Shown: positions 22,443 through 32,000 of the stretch, piece after piece
Layout: each line of letters starts with the position of its first letter
Position numbering within the stretch: position 1 is the first letter of the stretch
The notes under the pieces: generated by a model
Databases searched by the model: none
What the model saw: the letters and a program-made list of their open reading frames with translations, nothing else
Told to the model about the DNA's origin: nothing
Made by a program: the position numbers and the translations under genes
Assembly (NCBI RefSeq): GCF_000406145.1
Contig: NZ_CM001976.1
Span: forward strand, 2,132,161-2,164,160
Length of the DNA: 32,000 bases
Source of the DNA: Dickeya dadantii NCPPB 898
Lineage (GTDB): Bacteria; Pseudomonadota; Gammaproteobacteria; Enterobacterales; Enterobacteriaceae
Direction: 5' to 3'

Positions 22443-22727
22443 ATGACCAAGTCTGAACTTATCGAAAGACTTGCTGGACAGCAATCTCATATCCCGGCCA
22501 AGGTGGTTGAGGATGCGGTAAAAGAGATGTTGGAACAGATGGCCACAACGTTGGCCAGCGGTGATCGCATCGAAATCCGCGGGTTTGGCAGTTTTTCACT
22601 CCACTACCGTGCACCGCGTGTGGGCCGTAATCCGAAAACTGGTGAGAAAGTGGAACTGGAAGGTAAATACGTTCCTCATTTTAAACCAGGTAAAGAATTA
22701 CGCGATCGCGCCAACATTTATGGCTGA
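22443..22727 (+). CDS. ihfB: Integration host factor subunit beta
   Basis: [11 protein letters not shown]...[46 protein letters not shown] gives a 94-aa protein. A GGAGGA RBS lies directly upstream of the ATG at 22443. Confidence 0.97.
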   Translation: MTKSELIERLAGQQSHIPAKVVEDAVKEMLEQMATTLASGDRIEIRGFGSFSLHYRAPRVGRNPKTGEKVELEGKYVPHFKPGKELRDRANIYG

Positions 22728-22755
22728 TTAACCAGCTGTAACGCCTTTTTCATAG

Positions 22756-22783
22756 ATAGCACCCTGCCGGGTGCTATTTTTTG
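22756..22783 (+). terminator. Rho-independent terminator of ihfB
   Basis: ATAGCACCC-TGCC-GGGTGCTAT is a perfect 9-bp stem followed by TTTTTTG. Confidence 0.85.
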
Positions 22784-23089
22784 TCACAACAATGTGTTAT
22801 CGATCATTTCCCCACGGCTTCTTGCCTGACGTACTTTTCATTGATGCGCTTTTTCTGTCCGGCCCACATGTTTCCCCTATACGGCGATACATAAAAAAGA
22901 ATAATTTAATCATTAAGCCTGATCTAGGCGTGGTATGTGCACAGTCGGGTGACTATATAAAAAATCATTAAATATCAATAATAAATTTCTATAAAAGTTA
23001 TGAGCTGATTTCCCAACTTGAATAATTCTGCATTGTAGACCAGCTTTATATTGGTTTTTCTGAATAATTCATCGTTGAAAGGAAATTTT

Positions 23090-24985
23090 ATGACGCACGC
23101 ATGCAATCATTCTGACAGTATTACCTGTTCCTGCTGTAGCCCGTTATGGAAGTCTTTCATTCCGAATGTCACCATTAATATCTCCAATGATATCAAAAAA
23201 ATAAATACAGAAACGCTCATCTTCCGTGTCGCAACGGATGCTAATGGCCCCTCGGGGGGAACCATTTTGACGCTGGAGAATGGTCAGAACGCGTCAGTCG
23301 AGGCGATGGGTATTCAGGACGGTTCGATTGTTGCTACCGGATCATATGATTATGTCAAAACGCAGATGCCGCCCGGTACGCAGGAACGCATACTGTCTGG
23401 CAGCCAGACCCTCATTCCCGGCTTGATTGAACCCCACGTGCACATCATTCCTACTGCGGTTCTGGATCTGGCAACGAACGTTAGCCCATTTATCGGTCAA
23501 AATTTGCGTTCTCAGGTGGCGCAGACGCCGGAAGAGCAATACACCAGGCAATGGGTGACGTCACAGTTGAAGGGTGTCATGGAAAGCGGCCCGTATATGG
23601 GGGGATGGGTTATTGGTCATAACGTCGATCCTTCCCTTTTCCTTGGCGACGAAAAGGCATTCGATGCCACTATTCTTGATCAAGAAATAGGGACGGATAA
23701 GCCGGTTTTTATCATGAATGCGTCGATGCATCTTGCCTATATTAACAACCATGCGATTACGATCGTGCAGCAATACTATGAAGACAAAGGCCAACCGATC
23801 ACTATCAGCCCAGATGGTATTCTAGCTGAAATAGCAGGCATTACTCCCGTTATCGCGGTTATTGCCAGTAGTCAGAACCCGTTGACCTTTCCCTTCCAGT
23901 TAAATCAATCCATTGACAATATATTCACGCAGGCCAGTCAGCGAGGCGTGACCTATTTATTTGATGCGGGAATTGAACCCTGGGATGGAAAGTCTCTGCT
24001 CAACCAGCCGTTATTGCTGAAGCTAAAAGCACGCGCCAGCCGTTGCCCCATCAGAATTGGCGGCGCACTGGTCGTGACCAGTCCCGATGATTTCAAAAAT
24101 AAAATCAATAATCGATACCTCCCCAATACCGGCGATAATCGCTTTAACCTGCCATGTATCAAGGTGGTTTCCGATGGGTCGAATCAGGGATTGACCGGAT
24201 ATCAACTGCAACCTTATTGCTGCGATAATAATTATGAAAAAACGGCATCGGAGCAGAATATCGGCGTATTCAATTTTGATTACCCGACGACATTTAATTC
24301 TCTGGTGAGTGAAGCGGTTCAATATCATTGGCCGTTGATGATCCATGCCAATGGCGGACAGGCTATTGACCGTACCCTGTTGGCCTTCAAGCAGGCGGGG
24401 GTAACGCAGAGCACGTATAACGAGCGGCGAGACCGCATGGAACATGCCTCTCTGCTTTCCAACCAAAATCTTGATGAGATGAAAGCGCTGGGTATTTCTC
24501 CCAGCTTTCTAATCGGCCATGTCGGGTATTGGGGATGGGTATTCCAGCAAACTATTCTTGGCGAATCGCGCACCGAGTTGCTTGACCGGTGCCAGTCCGC
24601 GTTAAAACAAGGCATGAGAATTACCCTGCATAGCGACAACAGCGTGACCCCGCTGGGGCCTTTGCGCATGATGGAGCAGGCGATTTCCCGTGTGATGGAG
24701 GGCGCGCCGGCTAATTGTGACTCGCCCGTGCTGAATGAGCAGGAATCCATTTCCCGGTTCGACGCGCTAAAAGCCATGACCTATGACGCAGCCTGGCAAT
24801 GTCATGCTGAGCAATGGATTGGGTCGCTGACTGCCGGGAAATGCGCTGATTTTGTCATTCTGGCCGACTCCCCGATCACTTATCAGAGCACCGATAAAAA
24901 TAACCCTGTGGCGGGAATGCGTGATATTCCGGTACTGGAAACCTGGAAAGGCGGCTGGCAGGCGTATCTACAATCAGTGCAATAA
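23090..24985 (+). CDS. Amidohydrolase-3 (YtcJ-like) family metal-dependent hydrolase with a Cys/His-rich N-terminal extension
   Basis: The full ligand pattern of the family is visible: PGLIEPHVHI (HxH), IKVVSDGS (carboxylated-Lys position), MIHANGGQAID, RMEHASLL, LHSDNSV, and C-terminal GSLTAGKCADFVILADSP. The ATG at 23090 has an AAGGAA RBS. The ORF-track TTG at 23051 is less likely. Confidence 0.8.
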   Translation: MTHACNHSDSITCSCCSPLWKSFIPNVTINISNDIKKINTETLIFRVATDANGPSGGTILTLENGQNASVEAMGIQDGSIVATGSYDYVKTQMPPGTQERILSGSQTLIPGLIEPHVHIIPTAVLDLATNVSPFIGQNLRSQVAQTPEEQYTRQWVTSQLKGVMESGPYMGGWVIGHNVDPSLFLGDEKAFDATILDQEIGTDKPVFIMNASMHLAYINNHAITIVQQYYEDKGQPITISPDGILAEIAGITPVIAVIASSQNPLTFPFQLNQSIDNIFTQASQRGVTYLFDAGIEPWDGKSLLNQPLLLKLKARASRCPIRIGGALVVTSPDDFKNKINNRYLPNTGDNRFNLPCIKVVSDGSNQGLTGYQLQPYCCDNNYEKTASEQNIGVFNFDYPTTFNSLVSEAVQYHWPLMIHANGGQAIDRTLLAFKQAGVTQSTYNERRDRMEHASLLSNQNLDEMKALGISPSFLIGHVGYWGWVFQQTILGESRTELLDRCQSALKQGMRITLHSDNSVTPLGPLRMMEQAISRVMEGAPANCDSPVLNEQESISRFDALKAMTYDAAWQCHAEQWIGSLTAGKCADFVILADSPITYQSTDKNNPVAGMRDIPVLETWKGGWQAYLQSVQ

Positions 24986-25004
24986 CCCCAGACCTTTGCT
25001 GTAC

Positions 25005-25035
25005 ATTCAGCTACAGGTCATTCCTGTAGCTGAAT
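25005..25035. terminator. Perfect 13-bp stem-loop between the convergent islet genes (possible bidirectional terminator, no U-tract)
   Basis: ATTCAGCTACAGG-TCATT-CCTGTAGCTGAAT, read directly. It starts 20 nt after the amidohydrolase stop and ends 86 nt from the stop of the minus-strand gene. Confidence 0.5.
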
Positions 25036-25120
25036 ACGTAATCATTGATGCCGTTTACGCTCCGAGGATAAATACCGCAACGTTTCTTCGGCAGTAAACC
25101 GACGACACACTGGTTCGGGA

Positions 25121-25756
25121 CTATTTCGCCAGAAACACGTAGGCGAGAATGGGCTCTATTTTTTGAGGAGAGCGCAGCCAGGTGTTGAAAACGTTACCTA
25201 GGCCCTTTTGCTTATATTCGGCATCGCAACTGCCCGATGTTCCTTTTCCCCCGAGCCCAAAGGTGCCGCCGCCTTCCGCTTTGATTTGGCAGTGATGCTT
25301 ACTGTTGAATTCACTGTAAAGCCAGCCTGGTTCTATCGTACTGAATTGAATCATGACACCGGGTTTTTCGATGGTCAGATATTTAGCTGCGTAAGTATAT
25401 TCCGGTGTAATGCCGCAAAAGCTGTCCTGTTGCACGCAGGGTAGGGTTGTATATTTATTGGCGTCGAAAGTTTTGTATTCGGCAAATTGCATACCTCGAT
25501 ACCAGTACATCGCTTTGGCCGCATTCTCATCGGTAGCGCGAACTTTGGGATTAACAAGGATAAGCTTGTTCGGCGTTTCAGTTTGAAGCTGTAGGCCGCC
25601 ATTCTGGTACATGCTCAGTACCCGCGTATTATCCAGTCCGTTCTTTTTTATCAGGCTTTCCACTTTTGCGTCCGCCGCTGATGCACCCTGGCTAATCAGG
25701 GACACCAGCACAGCACCTAACATCGTGAGTTTGTAGCCTCGTATTTTTTGTCGCAT
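25121..25756 (-). CDS. Hypothetical secreted protein (Sec signal peptide, 4 Cys, Gly-rich segment), family unknown
   Basis: 211-aa ORF with an AAGGAA RBS 7 nt upstream. N-terminus MRQKIRGYKLTMLGAVLVSLISQGASA/ADA has a basic n-region, a hydrophobic core and an AxA cleavage site. The ORF is intact, but I recognise no family. Confidence 0.65.
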   Translation of the reverse strand: MRQKIRGYKLTMLGAVLVSLISQGASAADAKVESLIKKNGLDNTRVLSMYQNGGLQLQTETPNKLILVNPKVRATDENAAKAMYWYRGMQFAEYKTFDANKYTTLPCVQQDSFCGITPEYTYAAKYLTIEKPGVMIQFSTIEPGWLYSEFNSKHHCQIKAEGGGTFGLGGKGTSGSCDAEYKQKGLGNVFNTWLRSPQKIEPILAYVFLAK

Positions 25757-25963
25757 ATCGTTTTCCTTGCTGGGTGAAATGGCCGTATTTTGCGATGCAT
25801 TTCCGTCTCACAAGAGTGGGCCAGGTTGACTGCGGTAGCGAAATTCTTCTGCGTCCGCAGTTGCTGTAAGCGAATGAAAGTTTAATCAACGCGACACACG
25901 CAGACGCGGTTAAACCGGCCGAATATTTTGCCAGGGATGGGAAAGAATGGGGAAAGGGGGAAA

Positions 25964-25995
25964 CGCTTCACCGGCGGGAGATTGCTGGTGAAGCG
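25964..25995 (-). terminator. Probable his operon terminator
   Basis: The minus strand reads CGCTTCACC-N14-GGTGAAGCG followed by TTTCCCCCTTTCCCC, 10 nt after the hisIE stop. The U-tract is weak. Confidence 0.5.
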
Positions 25996-26004
25996 GATGA
26001 CGCA

Positions 26005-26612
26005 TTAGCGGTTATGACGCTCTTTCAGACGCTGAATGATCGTACCCAGATCCAGCTCCTGATCCTGCAGCAGTACCAGCAGGTGATAGACTAGATCGGA
26101 CGCTTCATTGGTCAATTCTTCGCGGTCGTGCACGGTGGCAGCCAGCGCGGTTTCCAGACCCTCTTCGCCGACCTTCTGGGCGATGCGCTTGGTGCCACTG
26201 GCGTACAGCTTGGCGGTGTAGGAGCTTGCCGGGTCGGCGTGCTTACGCTCTGCCAGAAGTTGCTCCAACTGGTACAAAAACTGCCACTGCGTTTGTGCCG
26301 GGTGGAAACAGCTGTTGTTGCCGAGATGGCAGGTCGGGCCAATCGGGTTGACCAGAATCAGCAGCGTGTCGTTGTCGCAATCCGGCGTAATCGATACCAC
26401 GTTGAGAAAGTGGCCGGAGGATTCGCCTTTGGTCCATAGCCGCTGTTTGGTGCGCGAATAGAACGTGACCTTACCGGTTTCTTCCGTAGCCTGTAACGCG
26501 TCCTGATTCATGTAGCCCAGCATCAGCACTTCGCCGGAAACCGCATGTTGTACGATGGCGGGCATCATGCCATCGGTTTTTTGCCAGTCGAGCTGGTTTC
26601 GTTGTTGTTCGG

Positions 26613-26619
<7 letters not shown>
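26005..26619 (-). CDS. hisI: Bifunctional phosphoribosyl-AMP cyclohydrolase / phosphoribosyl-ATP pyrophosphatase
   Basis: 204-aa ORF collinear with E. coli HisIE (DGMMPAIVQ..., [18 protein letters not shown]-terminal PRA-PH helices). It overlaps hisF by 7 nt. Confidence 0.96.
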
Positions 26620-28114
<1,495 letters not shown>

Positions 28115-28705
28115 TTACATCTCCAGAAAATTCTTCAGTAGCTGGGCGCCTGCCGCGCCGGAGCGTTCCGGATGGAACTGGACGCCATAGAAGTTATCCT
28201 TCTGCACCGCGGCGGTAAAGGCGTCGCCATAGTGGCACTGGGCGATGGTATTGGCGCAGACCGGCATGGCGTAGCTGTGCACGAAGTAAAAGTATGACCC
28301 ATCCGGAATATCGCGAAACAGACGGTGACCGGCCTGCGGCGTCACCTGGTTCCAGCCCATGTGCGGCAACGGCAAGCCGCGGTCGGCCATTTGCATCACC
28401 GGCGTGTCGATGATGCCCAGCGTATCCACGCCGCCATTTTCATCGCTGCGGCTGCCCAATAATTGCATGCCAAGGCAGATGCCCAGCACCGGTTGGGTAC
28501 AGGCTTTAACCAGATCGATCAACTGGCGCTCGTCCAGTTGATCCATTGCTGCCTGCGCGGTGCCGACGCCCGGCAGAAACAGTTTATCGGCGTGCAACAC
28601 CACCTCTGGTTCGCGGCTGACCAGCGGGTCATACCCCAGCCGTTTAACCGCGTACATCACCGAAGAGAGGTTGGCGCAACCGGTGTCCAGAATCACCACG
28701 TTCAT
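28115..28705 (-). CDS. hisH: Imidazole glycerol phosphate synthase, glutaminase subunit
   Basis: [13 protein letters not shown]...GICLGMQLL (catalytic Cys)...HSY...FHPERSG. The ATG at 28705 shares its A with the hisB TGA stop codon. The ORF track adds one GTG codon. Confidence 0.96.
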   Translation of the reverse strand: MNVVILDTGCANLSSVMYAVKRLGYDPLVSREPEVVLHADKLFLPGVGTAQAAMDQLDERQLIDLVKACTQPVLGICLGMQLLGSRSDENGGVDTLGIIDTPVMQMADRGLPLPHMGWNQVTPQAGHRLFRDIPDGSYFYFVHSYAMPVCANTIAQCHYGDAFTAAVQKDNFYGVQFHPERSGAAGAQLLKNFLEM

Positions 28706-29772
28706 CACAGCACTCCTTTGGAGCTGGGCAGAGTATCGCCCTCCACCCGGATGGCCTGACGCAGCGCGCGGCCAAACACCTTAAACAGGCTTTCGACGCG
28801 ATGATGGTCGTTGCGGCCCTTGGTTTTCAGGTGCAGGGTGCAGCCCATGGCGTAGGAGAGGGAACGGAAGAAGTGTTCCACCATTTCGGTGCTGAGATCG
28901 CCGACGCGCTGATAGCTGAACTCCGCTTTGTATTCCAGATGCGGGCGGCCGGAAATATCGAGCGCGCAGCGCGCCAGACATTCATCCATCGGCAGTACAA
29001 AGCCGAAACGGCCGATACCGCGTTTGTCGCCCAGCGCGTTGTTCAGTGCCTCGCCCAGCGCCAGCCCGGTATCTTCCACCGTGTGGTGATCGTCGATGTA
29101 CAGATCGCCTTTGACATCGATATTCATGCGGAAACCGCCGTGGGTGGCAATCTGATCCAGCATGTGGTCGAAGAAGCCGACGCCGGTGTGGATCTTGCTG
29201 CCGCCTTCGCGGTCCAGCCAGACGTTAACATCAATCGCGGTTTCACGGGTGACGCGGTTGACGTGGGCGTGACGGTCGCGTTTGGTCAACTGGGCGGTAA
29301 TCGCCCGCCAGTTAAGACCATCACGCTGATAGCGCAGGCCGGTGATGCCCATGTTCTGCGCCAGTTGGACGTCGGTCTCGCGGTCGCCAATCACGTAGCT
29401 GTTGGCGCTGTCCATCACGTTGTCTTGCAGGAACGCATCTACCAGCGCGGTTTTCGGTTTGCGGCAGTCGCAGTTGTCGCCGGGGAAGTGCGGGCAAATC
29501 AACACGCGCTCGAAACGCACGCCCTGCGAGGTGAAAATCTGCATCATCAGGTTGTGCGGCGGATCGAAATCCGCCTGCGGGAAACTGCTGGTGCCCAGGC
29601 CGTCCTGATTAGTGATCATCACCAGTTTGAAACCGGCCTTTTGCAGGGAAAGCAGCGACGGAATGACATCCGGCTCCAGCGCCAGCTTGTCCAGCCGGTC
29701 GACCTGAAAGTCCTCGGGCGGTTCGGCAATCAGCGTGCCGTCACGGTCGATGAAAAGATACTTTAATCCCAC
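28705..29772 (-). CDS. hisB: Bifunctional histidinol-phosphatase / imidazoleglycerol-phosphate dehydratase
   Basis: 355-aa ORF with a GTG start, containing [11 protein letters not shown] (HAD motif) and the IGPD C-terminal domain. It is collinear with E. coli HisB. Confidence 0.97.
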   Translation of the reverse strand: MGLKYLFIDRDGTLIAEPPEDFQVDRLDKLALEPDVIPSLLSLQKAGFKLVMITNQDGLGTSSFPQADFDPPHNLMMQIFTSQGVRFERVLICPHFPGDNCDCRKPKTALVDAFLQDNVMDSANSYVIGDRETDVQLAQNMGITGLRYQRDGLNWRAITAQLTKRDRHAHVNRVTRETAIDVNVWLDREGGSKIHTGVGFFDHMLDQIATHGGFRMNIDVKGDLYIDDHHTVEDTGLALGEALNNALGDKRGIGRFGFVLPMDECLARCALDISGRPHLEYKAEFSYQRVGDLSTEMVEHFFRSLSYAMGCTLHLKTKGRNDHHRVESLFKVFGRALRQAIRVEGDTLPSSKGVL

Positions 29773-29786
29773 GGTGATTCCTCAAA

Positions 29787-32000
<2,214 letters not shown>

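Noticed and set aside
22771-22971. A 66-aa plus-strand ORF in the AT-rich spacer after ihfB
   Set aside because: It starts at a GTG inside the ihfB terminator stem. It has no RBS at either that start or the internal ATG at 22792, and no motif. It is more likely promoter or spacer DNA of the islet.
25121-25756. An R...S-T-x...D-x-E pattern in the secreted protein (WYRG at residue 87, FSTI at 139-141, DAE at 178-180) reminiscent of R-S-E ADP-ribosyltransferase toxins
   Set aside because: The third motif is DxE rather than [QE]xE. The residues after it do not resemble the usual hydrophobic strand. The R-to-STx spacing (52 residues) is longer than in the ARTs I remember. Without a profile or structure comparison this is pattern-matching, not evidence. 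HHpred or Foldseek would settle it.
28801-29766. A 321-aa plus-strand ORF antisense to hisB
   Set aside because: hisB on the minus strand is collinear with E. coli HisB. The antisense ORF is an artefact of the high-GC frame.

Overview
This is an enterobacterial chromosomal window. Its gene content and order match the E. coli lolA-rarA-serS ... pflA-pflB-focA-ycaO-serC-aroA-cmk-rpsA-ihfB region. All product calls rest on my recollection of E. coli or yeast orthologues and on motifs visible in the supplied translations; no searches were run.

Layout:
- lolA (3' fragment), rarA and serS lie on the plus strand.
- A variable block follows: an orphan DmsD-like Tat chaperone, a GTT1-like glutathione S-transferase, a cytoplasmic DsbA/kappa-GST-like protein, a periplasmic MBL-fold protein with a degenerate metal motif, and its divergent LysR regulator.
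- Next come ycaD (MFS transporter) and a second LysR regulator, followed by a ~0.6 kb gene-free gap.
- pflA-pflB-focA lie on the minus strand behind a ~0.45 kb AT-rich leader that carries two class-II FNR promoter architectures.
- A standalone E. coli-type ycaO follows, then serC-aroA (with an internal attenuator-like terminator), cmk, rpsA and ihfB.
- After the ihfB terminator there is a ~3.2 kb low-GC islet with two convergent genes: a YtcJ/Amidohydro_3-like hydrolase with a Cys/His-rich N-terminal extension, and a signal-peptide protein with 4 Cys of no family I recognise.
- The window ends with the distal his operon on the minus strand (hisD truncated by the window edge, then hisC, B, H, A, F, IE).

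I saw no rRNA or tRNA genes, CRISPR arrays, or IS, integrase or transposase genes. I found no convincing multi-gene novel system such as a defence or RiPP cluster. The most unusual items are the ihfB/his islet, an orphan plus-strand intrinsic terminator at 5673-5709, the partner-less LysR with a 26-bp near-palindrome and an empty 0.6 kb gap, and the orphan dmsD-like gene.
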